64,000 bases of DNA, from positions 20,804,912-20,868,911 of the forward strand of contig NC_092675.1 in NCBI RefSeq assembly GCF_964355755.1. Reading direction: 5' to 3'. Of the stretch, positions 13,901 through 28,900 are shown in pieces. This DNA comes from Antedon mediterranea. Taxonomy: Eukaryota > Animalia > Echinodermata. Each line of letters begins with the position of its first letter. The stretch's first letter is position 1. A program made the position numbers and the translations under genes. Under the pieces are notes generated by a model. It was given only the letters and a program-made list of their open reading frames with translations. It ran no database searches and was not told where the DNA came from.

Positions 13901-16900
13901 GTTCTTGGCATGCTTTGAATGGCTCTACATCAAGCTCAAGTGTTCTTAAGAAACAATCATATATGTACTGTTGTGACAATAAAGATTTATTGCTGTGTAT
14001 CTATGAATTTTACAGAAGTTTGTTTTTTATATAACAAATAGGTAGGTATAAGCTATTTGAACGCATAATTGGGTCAAGTTTGGGAGCATGGATTATGCCC
14101 AAGTACGGTAGCAACTTGATACATAGCCTATATTTATTCTGTTCTAACCTAAATAACCTTAAATTAAGTCTTCACAAAAGACAAATATGCACATGATGTA
14201 TTGTGATAATTGGAGTTAGTTGTCAAATAATGTCATTAGACAGGATTTGAACTCAAGACTTGGGAGGTGGTATTTTTCTTTTAAATCTGTGTAAAATGCC
14301 TCTTGTACCTGAATTGAGATATTGAGTCTGTACAAAGGTGATCGATTCTCGCCATCAGTAACATAGAATAAAAAGCCATCAACTGTTGGTTCCATGCCTT
14401 TATGAATGCTCTGGACATAAAAGATTGAGTTATCCAACAAGTCCTGCACTGGGAATGATGTTATGGGAATTCCTGATTGAGATTTCTCTGAGCCTTGAGC
14501 TGTACATGTATGAAAAGTAATTTTAATTAAAATATGCAACAAAATTGAAGTTTATTATTTGAAGAAATCATAATAATAAATTTTAAAGGTATATGGAAGA
14601 AGCAAGAATTAAGTAACACAAATTAAGAGTATTTTTTGAGTGAGAAGTTTAATGAAATAGGTTGTCATGCGTGAGAGTGTTGGTGTCCATATTCGGCATA
14701 ATGGCATTTGTATTTTCAGACAGGGATTAGGATGATATTTCATAAAAGCACCATTTTATCAATTTTAATTCAGATCAGAAAGATTTTCAAAGATTAACTT
14801 GAAATATTACTGACAATGACATACCGTAGGACAGAAAAGTAATTGATTACCTGGCTTGATGCTTTCAATATACCCAAATGTTGGTGGTGAATCAAGAACA
14901 ATGACCAGTTGAGGAACTCTTGTATCGCCATCAGAAGCTGTGATCTCTTGGATTGAAATTGGTGCTCTACCTCCCTCAATCACAAGGATATCACTATGAA
15001 CGGATGCAGAGGGTGGAAGGTCGTTGACTGGTGTAATAGTGGCAGTAAAGAACTGGTTACTGATGACATTGTTATTCACATCGCTTACATTGAAAGAAAA
15101 GATGTCATTGACAATTTGGTTACCAATCTCCCCTTCAGCTTTATATCTAGTGTAAAAAAAACAACACATTTATAATTCCTTCTGATTTTGTATACAGAAA
15201 ATGTTAGATTAAGCCAGTGACTGTGAATTTCTGAGATCAGTATGATGTGATGGTAGAGTGGGGAATCGTCTTCCAGTGAACCATCTTCCGGTGTACAAAT
15301 CATTGTCCTGCACTGGGCCCTCTGGGAGAAGGAAAGTCTTGAGCTGAAGAGGTCACACCAATATAAGGACAGAATAAATGTTGGACAATACAATGTATTA
15401 CAGTCAATATATCATCCTCTTCATTTTAAAACTATAATAGATGGCTATTTCAAATAAATGAACTAAAAATTAACTACAAACCTAATGTTATAGGCATTAA
15501 TATCTGCCTGACTGAAACGCATTCCAACTTGTATGTCCTCATATCCACCTGCCCGATTCTTTTTCTGAAGTTTTCCATAGCGTGGCGTTGATATCAAACG
15601 GAAGAAAATCTCCATGTCATTAGAATCGTCATCGTCGAATGAAAGCTCTGTCCTGGTCACACCAGCGAAGGAGTTTTCCTGCAGTAGTAAGACCAAGCTG
15701 GCATCAGGGCTAAGAGTAGGGCTCATGCTGTCCACTTGTACTATGGCAACATGCATGGATATGCGAGTGACATGTGCTCCGTCAGTGACAGCAATCTCAA
15801 AGCTGTCTTCATTGGAAGGGGTGCCATCATGGTTGTAGTGGAATGATTCACTTATTAGTTCGGTATGAGAAAATTCATCACCTATAATATTTGTAAAAGG
15901 AAATGTCTAAATGTTAGTTACAAAGCATCTGTTAAAAAAAAACCTTCATCATTCACATTTATAAATAACTGGCAACCATTTATGTTTCAAGTTAATACAT
16001 TTGTGTTTTTAATGACTTACCCTCCTGTAAATAGACTCTTCCGTTTTTCACAATATCTCCATGTTTCGGTGCTACAACTAATGAATACACCAAGTTTGAA
16101 AGAGGGGTGTCCAAATCTTCCACACTTATAAGATCCTTGCGAATAGGTGTATGCTCTCCCATCCTAACACTGAGTACTGGATTTGGTACAGGAAATACTG
16201 GAGCAGCACTATTCTTTGGTACTACAGACACAATGAATGGCATAGGTGCAAGAGTATTGCCACCAGTAAACGTATCAGATACTGTAAATAAAATAAATAT
16301 AAATAAAAAACATGATAATTTTTATAGTTATATAACATACCAACAAGGCAATTTAACAAACTGAACCCTTTATTTATGTATAAATCCAAAGAAAAAATTC
16401 TGAAAAGATGACAATGCTGTTGGTATCAATGGAGATACACATGAAATACCCTTTTTCTGAGCTTTTTACAAGAATATCTTGATAATCTTGACACAAAAAC
16501 ATCACATATCATAATAATACGGTAATTCTTTATTGACTCTCACCATACATTGCAGTATTATCATAGAAAAAAAATAACAAATAGCACAGAACGAAACAAA
16601 ATTAAAATGTTTACAAAAAAAAAAATATAAACAAAATATATATACCTGTAAAAGTCATTGTAAACTGCAATGTATTGGGACCTATATCTCTCCTAGGTGG
16701 TCTATAGACAATCCTCTGTGCATTAATGTCAGCCTGGGTAAAGTATCTAATAGTGAACTCTGGTTGGTCAATGTTTTCTATAGAGCCCTGATCAGGAGCA
16801 AATGGCACTGTGATGTTATAGATGAGGAGAGTATCTGGGCTATCTGGATCGGTGAATGCTAAGTTGGAACGATCAATAGGTGTTACAGTGCCTTCCAAGA

Positions 16901-19900
16901 CCTAAAAAGTAAATAGAAGTAAAAGAAAACAAAGTTAGATTTAACGTATTATTCATTACCATTTTTAAGTTAATAGGTATTTATATTATGGAAGTAGTGT
17001 ATATGGTTTTTGGTTAATTTTTTAAAACCATGTATAGATTTAGCTTGTAGTAACAGCAATTGGTAACATAACATATTTTGCATTTGTGTTTTCTGATGTT
17101 GAACCAGCTATTTTTAATGGTAAAAAGAGATAAATGCCACAATAATAATAAGCCAGAATGTACTTACCATCATTCTAAATGGTTGTGGCACACCAGCGCT
17201 AGGCCTTGGTGGTTCATCATTATCAGCAGATACAGAGATTTGGAAGGTTTGGTCTGTCAGAATGTTAGGTGGATTAGCTCCATCAGAAACCTAGACAAAA
17301 ATATTGGATTCTATTTATAACAACAGATTTTGGAAGGAAATGGTAAACTAAAGCAAACTCTGTAAATTTGTTGAAATAGGTGTTGAAGTTGTTCCATAGA
17401 GGGAGCATGTAATATTTTTCTAACAAACAAGGTTTTCCTATGACTAGAAAAAAATAAGTATGTGTTCTTAAAAAAATTTAGTTCTTAATTTTGTTTTCAT
17501 TCTATCATGCTAAAAATCTTATTTAACAAACAAGATTTGACATAATATTTCTGTAGAATTTATCTGGTTTAAATGATGTAAATTGTTTCTAATTAAATAA
17601 AAGTTAAGCTATGTCTACACTATCAAACTTTATGCGACAAAAAAATGTGATGTGCCCATGAAAATATGTCATAACACTACCATATTTGGACATCTCGCTA
17701 CCATATTTGGGCACATCACACTTTTTGTTGTTGTCACAGATCATTACTCAACATTCTTTAATAATTCATTCTTACTTCAAACCGGAAGGTATCAGAAGTG
17801 CTCTCTTGCCCTAAGTGGTGATAGTACACATGGCCTTCTCTCATGTCCTGTTGGTAGAAGTTGTACAGCACAGTATACATCTGTTCTTCATTTAAAGTCT
17901 CCCACCCCTCAGGTAGATCGCCTTCCACACGCTCCACAACCATAACAATTTCACCTGCAAATAATTTATGTAGGTTATTGGTTACATGTTTTGTGTGCTT
18001 TGAGGAGTATATTGTTATTTTGAAGTGGATTTGTTTTGAGTTTGAAGTGATCATCATAATCATAATGTTGCAACAATAAGTAAAAGGAAACAGAAACATT
18101 ATCACAGAATTAAGTAGAAGCAGACTAGAATAACATTAAGAATTATAATAATAAACTAAATGCTTAAAGCTATTTGTAAACATAATTTTAAAGTGTGTGT
18201 GTTTATTTTAATTCTTATATCGATTTATTAAGTTAATATATAAGTTAATAATTTTGACATTTGACATCTATTCATTCACAGTCATAAACATACTTTATGT
18301 ATGCCCAGAATTTAAATATTTCATATTTATAGTGAATTATAAAAACAAGGTCAGCTTACCATATTTGGGGTTATTCATTGGTGGGTTAAGGGTAAACATA
18401 AGGTCATCATCATCGGTGTCGCTATCTGTTGCTCGAAGTAGACTAGTTGTAATAGGGGTCATGTGACCCTCTTTTACTTCAGCTTGTACATTTGTGATAA
18501 TCATTGGTATCTGGTTATCCTGAAAATAAATTATGAATAAAATTACACAAACCAGAAATGGTGTTGGTAGTCTATAAGTGCTGCTTACCTGGATAAACCC
18601 GACGTTAGATACTCTGTTAGGTGTGTGTTTGTGTGCTTTGTTTAGGCGTTCTTCGTCATCATGCCAAAACAAGAATGCATCCAGTGCAGGGGCCCACGAG
18701 CAACACTTAAGTGGGACCGCCACATGCGGTGCGTTAGCTGCCGCACGTGCAGCCAGTCAGATCCGTGCGAAGTTTGCGTACGCTGGACGCCTGCTAAATT
18801 CGCATCGCTTCCACGTAATAGACTTAATTTGCATTTATTTTTTTCAATTTAAAACAAAATCCATGTGCTCAAAGAACACAGCACAGCACAAACTCTGGTT
18901 GAATTAAATTTTTTTTACAAAAATTCATAATATACAAATACAAAGATGAAGAATGACAACACACAGGTGAGGGATTTTAAAGCTCTGTCTACACTATCAA
19001 ACTAAATGTGCCAAAAAAATGTGTGCTCAGTCATATATGGACATGATGACATCATATCACTACCAGATTTGGGCACATAACACTTTATTTTGATAGTTTA
19101 GACGGTAGAGCTTAACTGTGACAAATAGAAAAGATTAATTTTAAGTTTTGTAAAAAAATAAACACTTTTTTAATAGTAGTGATATATAAAATATAGAACC
19201 AGAAATTAGAACCAAAAAGATATTATTTAACAATGTATGGAAAACAAGTATTCTAGCAACAAGCCTAAAAATTACAAGAACTATTTTACCGTTGGAAGAA
19301 TATGAATGTTAAATAGAAGGTTTCTAAAATTATATCCATCTGTAACTTGAAACATAGCAACATCAAACTGAGTTTCACTCCCATCATGCTTGTAGTAAAC
19401 ACTTCCTGTTCGTAGTTCCTCAAGCGTAAAAACTTGAACATCGACAACTTCAGCCACTCGAAGCAATCGTCCATGATGAGGGTGCTCAATAACAAATAAT
19501 TTCACATTTTCCGGATTGTCATCGTCATGGATGAGTATATGGTCTGTGCTAGTTATTCGGGCTTGCTGTCCTTCTTCTAATATAAGTGGTTCGTTTCGTA
19601 AGACTATTGGCGGATTGGGAGAAATAGCCGTGATGGGCACGCTCTCAATGTTTGAATCAAACTGTCGGTCATTCACTTTGACCATTAATTCCCCGATAAG
19701 TTCTCCAGAAGCATCGTGAACAAATCGTATATTTCCGTTTTGAACTTCGACTCCTGTGAATACATCATTATCCACTAAAGTACGTTCTATTCCTTTGTTA
19801 ATACGAATGAGATGACCGTTGGTCGGTGTTCGCACTAAGTAGAACAGTAGGTCAACAAATGCAGTATCTGGATCGATTGCACTGAAGAAACTTGTGTCCA

Positions 19901-22900
19901 GTGGAGTGGAACCACCAATTGTGGTGATGACTGAGCCGTTGATGTATAGAGAGGGTGGCTGAACATTCACTGAAATACAATATAATCAATATTATAATAA
20001 TAAGTAGTTGATACTGTAAATAGATTGATTAGTTATAAGCTTGGCTTGTATTTAACGTTTATGTTTCGGTGACTAAAAACAATTACAGTCATTAAAACAC
20101 TTTTTGAAAACCATAAAAACATATTAGAGCAGCCTAAGAGGGTCTGCCATCCGCCAACACCATTGGGACCAAACAAGGTGTCCCCTGTTAGGGGTGTTCC
20201 AAGAAAGGGGTGCTATAGCTTACCTTCACAAGTATTTGTAAGAGTATTAGTAAAGAACCCGCTACCGCAGTCTTCTACACAGCGCCCTCGCTTCAAGAAA
20301 GAATCAGAAGTACATTGGGTACATTCTTGAGGAGTACTACATTCCACACAGTTATTGGGACACCCTAAAAAAAAAAGCAGAATAAATTGTGAGAACATTA
20401 AAACAAATATTTAACAAATAAGGTTATGTTTATGCATACAGTGCATGACACAAGCATTTACTGAACTACAATTATTCAATTTCTCTTCATCCCATTGTGA
20501 CATAGGTCTACTTGTTTTTGTAGCATAGTGATTAACGACAGGGGTTGAAATTGACAACACACCGGGGTAGTGCTTGGCCACTAGACTATTGGGAATGGTG
20601 GGTTCAATCAAATACATACCTATGCAATTATGTGTTGAGTAGTCACTATAATAACCAGGGCCACATCGATCTACACATTCACTTCTGAGTAGGAGCTCAG
20701 GAGGGTAACAACTTGTGCAACGTCCTTTTACATCGCAACTTTTACAGCCACCAAGACAAGCTGTAGAATTGAAAGAACAGTTTCAAAAGAACCGATTTAA
20801 CACATTATACCTAGGATGTTAAAATTGTATGTAACAAAAAAATGTGTATCCATATATGGATATGATGATGTCATATCAATACCATATTTGGGCATATCAC
20901 TACCATATTTGGGCACATCACACTTTTTTTTGTCAAACTAATTTGATAATGTAGACAGAGCATTAGCCTTGCTAACCAAAAAGGAACATCATTATTTTAC
21001 TAACCTCTGCATCTACTTCTGACATCATAGTAGCCATCACCACATTCAGGAACACATTGACCATTTTTCAGGATCATTCCATCCATGCATAAAAGACAGT
21101 CAGTATGTCTCGGGCCCACACATGAATTACATGTCCAATCACATTCTAAAACAAAATTAAAATAACTGTATTTTTTTTTAACTACTGGAGGGATAATGAA
21201 TGAATATTAGGAATTAAAGCTTAATGTCTGACAGATATTATAAAATAAGATAGTATATACATTAAGTGCATTTTTGGAAAAAAAAGGGGGGGGGGGGGAG
21301 AACCTCTCCCCCACACCCTGTATTATATAATCCTGGATACGAAATAATTGAAAGTAAGCTACCTCTACATTCTCTGGTACGTGGATCAATATAGTATTGG
21401 TCTGCACAAGAGGATACACATTCACCATATGAAAGAGCTGCCGATGGATCCAAACACTCAAGACATGTTGATTCACTGATACAAAACAGACAACTGGCAT
21501 CACAAGCTGTTGGTAGAAACAAATCATATATGTTAATTAGGGGTTGGGTTTGTTATCTGAATTATGAAATATACAGCCACAGAAGATATATATGTTATAA
21601 ACCACTCTACCGTTATTTATAGACTCATTTATAAATAAATAGTGAATTATTAAGAATGTATATTATGTATTATTTTTGGAAAATTAATAAACAACAACAA
21701 CAATTACCCAAAAAATATGTCAGTTAATTCATAATTATAGCTATTAAAATACCCTCATTGGTGTTGAACGAATTTGCCCTGTGAGGGGCCATATTTATAC
21801 ACTGCTTCATAGACTAATAAGTCAACTGTACATAGTACCTTATATATGTAGTGGTACTCACATGTAAGTTTTTATTTTTAATTTCATACTGATAAAATGT
21901 TAATGATCATTCTACAACAACAACAAAGACAACACAAACAATCGGTATCAGTAAAAATAATTTTTAAAATAGTAGCAAAAGAAATGCTGGTGAAACTTCA
22001 TCTTGTATCAATTCTATTTAATGCAATCGCATCAATATTTTATAATGCTGCTTATCAATAAACACATTCACATATCACCTATCAAACATTCAGGTTTGGC
22101 TTAATGTGTGTATACGGATATTGTCTGATAAACATGCAGTAGTCCCAAGTGCCCTTCTTAAACTGTAGATTCATAACCTTTTAAGTTCTATTGCTTCAGC
22201 AGATCTTGTTACATTTAGTCCCTAGAATGTTCCAGCAGATTTAAAGATTTGATTGGAATTGAAGTAATATAAATATGGAAGTGATCTAAACAATTTTCTT
22301 TGAGATATTACTACTTTATATAACATTTCAGTTTTTTACTCTCATAATTTACCTGTGCAAACTCCATTGTTGTTGTAGAATCCACGGTGACATTCTAATG
22401 TACACATCCCATCATGTGCTAGAACAAAACCACTCTTGCATGACAGGCAACCCTGTATTCCATCACGATCACATGTCAGACATGTTGGGTAGCATTCTGA
22501 AAAAAATAATAATAATATCAACAAACATCAGGGCAAAGATCAAAAATAAAAGTCATGGCAACCATAAAATATTATGCTTTCCTATTTACATAACTAAATT
22601 ATATAATTAGGTTTATAATAATATAATAGTTTATTCCTGCTCTTTTCTAGTTTCGAAATCCATGCCTATATGAAGCAACTTAACCTTTTATGAAAAGGGG
22701 TGTTTTAAATTTTCTACTTTATACTCTTTAAGGAGATTATGTTATTTTCTGATTATCCAGGTAAGTTAGGCACAAAATATATATATATTCAGTTTGGATA
22801 CTAAAGCAAGTTTGTTTTGTTTGGATAAAGTCACTTCAAACTTGACTTGTGCTGAGAGGAATATAATGAAACTACTTGGAAAGATACCCTCCATGTGTAT

Positions 22901-25900
22901 GGATGTGTGCAGCAGCAAGTAGCAAACTCTCTATATACCTTTGCATGACCTTGACTGACTATTATAATACCCATCACCACAGTCCTGTACACAACTGTCG
23001 CCCAGCGTAAAGAAGCTATCATCAATACACTGATCACAGACACTGTCTTCAAGCCCTGGTAAGCCATAACACGTGCCACAAGATGATGAACAATCTGAAG
23101 AAAAAAAGTATAATAAAAAGTAAGAAACATGTTTCAAGGAGATTATACAAGTCATCTACATTTATTTTTTAATCAATGGTCGAAAGTACTATAGTTTAAG
23201 AAATTTGTTATTTTTAAGACAATTAAAAAACAAACAGAATGGTCTATGTAAAAATATTATTTATACTAAACATTTGCTGTCATGCTACATAACTATTAAC
23301 TATTTGATTCTTCTGTAGGCGAAAATCCTTCCTTATCCTTCCAATTAAAATTCTTCACACTGATTGTTTTTAAGTTGTAAAACGTAACAATTTAACAATT
23401 ATTAAATATATGTTAGATGTTGTCAAATTTATATAGCGCTTTTAGCAATAGCAAAGTGGTGAAAATAAAAATAAAGACAAATTACAAATTGCATTACCTT
23501 GACAACTATTAAACATATCCAGATATTGTGTACTAGCACATCCATCAAAACACTGGCCTCCTTGTGGGCTATTAGCTCCACATGATTGACAGTCACCAGT
23601 ACCTGCCCCACTACAGGTATTACAACTAGCATGGCAATCTGAAAGAAAAGCATTTTTGATTTGTGACTAGTTATGTCATGTTAATTCATTGTGCTCATGT
23701 GTAGACACATGGTTTCTCAGTTGATTCCCCCGACAGTTTTGATGGATTATAGGTTGAAATGATGAAAGACACAATGTGACACAAAATGTGCCCATATATA
23801 GACGTGATAATGTCATATCACTACCGTATTTGAGCATATCACTACCATATTTGGGCACTTTTTTTGTCAAACTAGTTTGATAGTGTAGACAGAGCTTAAG
23901 GTAATAAGGTGCTAGGTCATCCCAATTGGAAAGCTTCCTATTGTTCTGATGGCCAGAGACAACTAACATTATCTCATTACCTGATAATGGCAAATCGTGA
24001 TATAGTTGTTAGATTTAGTTTTGGTTATAAAAAGAGAATATTGGACATAATACAGTTGAACTCCTATCAAGGGGACAAAAGGTTCATGCTTTTAGGCCTC
24101 TAGACATGACATTTTAAAAGTATCATATATAAGTGCAATTTACAAAGTCCTGCAGCTCTATTTTTTAACATTTTCTCAGCTCCGCACCAACTATGGTAGG
24201 GCTGGTTCTGGAGAGTTATATATTCATCATCTATCCATTTTCACCCAGAAAAAGGATCTGCATTCATTTGTTTCACAGTGTCCCCTTAATAGAGGTTGTC
24301 CTTGAATAATTAATACCAAATAAAATGCTTTTTCAATATTTTAAATCGATGTACTGCAATATAATATGCTTCATCATTGTTGGAACATACTTGAACTAAT
24401 TTCAAAATGATGTACTAAATTATAAGTGTTTAATTTCATCAGCATTTCCACATGGATGTCTATTCCACAAGGAGACGACCTAGACCCTTAACAACTAATA
24501 ATGCTTTTCCCAAAACATGCACACTAATCTAATATAATAGAATGTGCTTAATAAGTATTCGAACATAGTTTTATTTATGTGAGTATTACCCACATTTTTT
24601 CCCTCATCATTTTATGAATACAATGGTAAGCATCATCACAAATTTTAGTTTTATTACAAAGATTCTTAATTATCATGATTAATTTTATAAAATTTTATTC
24701 ATGCATAAAAAAACTACGACAAAAAGTCCAATTTGGCTTGGAGTAAAGTCTTTGGTATCACAAATATTTTCTAGACTTAACCCAATCTGCAAATAACAAT
24801 AACCATATTTTGTACAAGCTATAGTAATTAGCATCTATCTTAATGTACAGGTAAATACAAATTTCCTCTGACCTCCATCCAAGAACATTTTAATAATGAA
24901 ATAATTTTCCCAAAAGTTTCATTTTCATTTATAAGGGTACACCTGTAACAGGTACGTTGTTCAACACAATTAGCTGCAATGTATTTCCGGGAAATACCTG
25001 TCTAATTTACTTTTATCATTCTAGCCTACAGTAGGTATATTTATTCATCAATTAAAATCATACAAAAGGCAGCCAAAGGCTGAAATAAGTGCAATTTTTA
25101 CAGAGGTAAACATTATTAAAATGTCATGTACAATTACTATAATACAAGGATAAAATGAGTAAAATATTAACGGAAACAAAATTATTTTGATTATTAGCAT
25201 TCAACAACTCATATGGTACTGTACAAGACTGGTAGGAATCGTTTTAGTATGTGCTTTAGGTATGAAAGTGTGTTAAACATTGTCTACACTATCAAACTTT
25301 TTTGACACATAAAGTTTGATAGTGTAGACAAGGTTTTAGCATTATACGCAGTTTTCTATCAGATTTAGGACTGATAGTAGCCAATAAGATAATAGAAAGC
25401 ACAGTATGTTTATATTTATAGAATTCATCATTGTTTTGTGACGTTACACTACAGTATATCTTGAAAATAACTATCTAAAACATATATAGTATAGTAGCCA
25501 ATCAGAAGCAGAGTATATTTAAATTTCATAAAATACTGTGTTTATCAATTTGTTGTTGTGTATTTCCTAGAAAAGTATGACCTATCTAAATTACTGTTTC
25601 CATGTAAATTGAGAACTATATATTAACCAATCACAAGCAGAGTATGTTTATATATAAAAATAATGCATTCATTAATTTGTTGTGATGAATTTCCTGGAAA
25701 TACCTGTCGAAATAACTGTTATCTTAATTCGTATTTAAATTGTATGCCAACAATATTCAAGCCAATCAGAAAGTGAGAAGCAGAGTGTTTGATACGATTT
25801 AGTTTGTATTTCAACTATAACCAATCAAAATGAAGAGATTTCATGTGTTTACTGTTTAGTTTATCAACTTCATTAAAGTTCAGATTGTTTTTAATTAAAT

Positions 25901-28900
25901 TTTACTTTCCATAAAATCCCAAAAGTACACTTAAATATAATTTTGTTTTTTAATATTAAGCATTTCTTTCTTTGTCTAATACTGAAAAAGAAATGTATTA
26001 AATAATAATAACAAACAAATACATAATAAAAATTTATCCCTGTGAGATCATTTACACTTTTGCTAAGAAAAGAAGAAAATAAATAACAAAAATTCCCACT
26101 CTAAGTGAATAATGTGAAATCCAAAAATATTTATGAATTTAAGTAAAATACTTTTAAGGGTAACATCTCACATCTCATTGGCGAATACAGCCATGGGTGC
26201 ATGATTGCATACATGGTTGATAAAGTTTTAAACTTACTAAAACATATGCCAGAATCTTCAAACTGTCTAGTATTACAGGAACGAGCACAGATACCATTCT
26301 GTAACACTAATGGAGACCTACAACTTGTACAGTCACTTGGAGTGCCACCGGTGCAGGTTAAGCAAGAAGAATGACAAGCTAAATGAAACAAGAAAGAAAA
26401 TAGTTAAACTTGAGAAGAGGAAGAACAAAGACACCATTATTATTATTATTATATTTGTGCATGGTGGAAATAATTAAATAATTATTTCAGAGTCAATCAG
26501 ACAGTACTATTGTATTTTGTTTGCTTTCGAAGTAACATATTTATTTGAATAAACTCCCCCATAAAACATCATTTTGAATAATTGCTCCTCGAATAAATGC
26601 CCCAGGGCCTTTATTTATTTACTCGAATAAGCCCTCTGTTACATGCATTATCTACACACTATTGTATTACAACACATTTCTATTTGTAGTAGAATTCATT
26701 GATTGACATAATCTACAATTTATCAAGCATTTCGAAAAAATTGTTACTGTATTTGATCACTTCTCGATTGTGTTGTATTTGTTAACAAAATTGAAATGTA
26801 TTCTATAGTCAGAGCCACTAAAGTAAAACGATAAAAGTACATATTATTAGTGTGTAGAAATATATATATAATGGCATAATTAGCCATTGAAAGACTTTAA
26901 ATCAATACTACACAACTAACTTTCAACCAGATTACACTCATTAGAGTTAACATTTTCTAGTAACATGTATTTCATGCTAGATAGAGGGCAGTAAACATTT
27001 CTACTCTACTATGAACAAATGAAACCATAAAACTTTGAACCAATCAAAGAAAATTATTTTATTAATTTGATAAAAAAAAAAGAGTTTTACTCACGATAAC
27101 ATATACCACTAGGAGTTGGGAAATAGTTGTTTCGACAGCTATCTACACATGCTCCCATGATACCATCATTTGGTGGCAAGGCTTGGAGAAGTCCACTCAC
27201 TGATTTACAAGATGTACACTTGTCTGGCCCTGGACCTAAACAGGTACGGCAAGAACGGTGACAAGCTAGGATAAAAAAATATCAAAATAAGTTAGTTTTT
27301 CACAAATATGAATTTTACCTTATGAAATCTTACATCGATGAAACTGACAAATTAGTGCAGTATATGTGAATAAACAACAATGTTTGCTTATTTTCGAGAA
27401 TGATTTGAATAATTATTGAATGATATAGATAAGGAAGAGTGACATTCTTCCCTGATATTAAGTATAAAAATCCATATAATTATGTTTACTCTAACAAATC
27501 AAAACATAAAACAATAACATTTGTACTGGACTTATATTAGAAATCTTTGTAGAGGCCACAAGAAGAGAAACCTTACCAACTGTCTGCCCATGGAATTTCT
27601 TAGTATAGTGAGTTTTATTAGAGTCATGATAAAATTAAGGATTCTTGTGTACAATATGTGAATAAATAAGTTTCATTGAGTGACAGCGTTGGCACCAGAT
27701 TTTTTAGTTTAGATAAAACTATCTCCATAATTTTTACTGGACAGTCAGGGAAAGTTATACTGGCTGTTAAGTTATTGTGGTATGGTTGGCCCATAAATCT
27801 TTTAAGAAAAGCTCTGTCTACACTATCAAACTTTATGTGATGTGCCCATATGGACACGATGATGTCTTATCAGTACCATATTTGAGCATATCAGCACCAA
27901 ATTTGAGCACATCAAATTTTTTTTGTAAAACTAGTTTGATAATGTAGACAGAGCTTTACTAAAAAAAGCTAGTTTTACTAGTCAATAATAAGGCACACAC
28001 TTTTTCTGTCATACAGTTATTGTAAAAACGTTTAAAAATAATGTAGACATGACAAGAAAAAAGGATTTGAAGTGATAGACAGAAGAGGTTGAAAGGCTGG
28101 TCAATGGGAAGGCATAAAATCAACAAGTATTATAAATGTCTATCAAACGATTAAAAAGGACTAATAATGAAGGAAACATTAATTCAATAAAAAACAGGAG
28201 ATAATTAAGAAGGAATGAGTTGACCTCAAAATATTAATATCAAAACATGTTTAATTTCAAATATATCTATAAAAAAGCAATGTTTCAATCAGGGTTGAGC
28301 TTGAGCTACAGAAAACCCATTCCCATGGGATCCTATAAGGAGACACTTTCCTGTAAAATGATTGAGGGGAAATGTATATTTTACCACTAGGACAAACTCT
28401 TATTCTGGGGACAATTCTATTTTATTCTACTTCCGAAGTTATACTGTACTGAAATAGAAAGTGAAGATTTGCCCAAATATGGTAGTAATATACCCAAATA
28501 TGGTAGTGATATGACATCATCATATCCATATATGGGCACATCACATTTTGTAACATAAAGTTTGATAGTGTAGACAGATGATAGACATGATCTCAACCCA
28601 CTTACCATTGCAAGCCCCTTGGTCTTCATAGCTACCATAGGAACAGTTAGCCACACATCGGTTATTTAGGAGCACTAAAGGAGCTTCACAGCCTCTACAT
28701 TGGTCAGCATCGGGTCCATGACAATACAGACAACTAGGATGACACGCTAATAAATATATATAATAATAGAAATTAATAACATCCATAATATCTGACATAC
28801 TTAACTCGAAAATAATATTAACAATGACAATGTTTTTGAAGAGTAAAGTGCATTGTTTTGATCATTTAAATTTTACTATTTTTATTTTCTTTTAAATATA

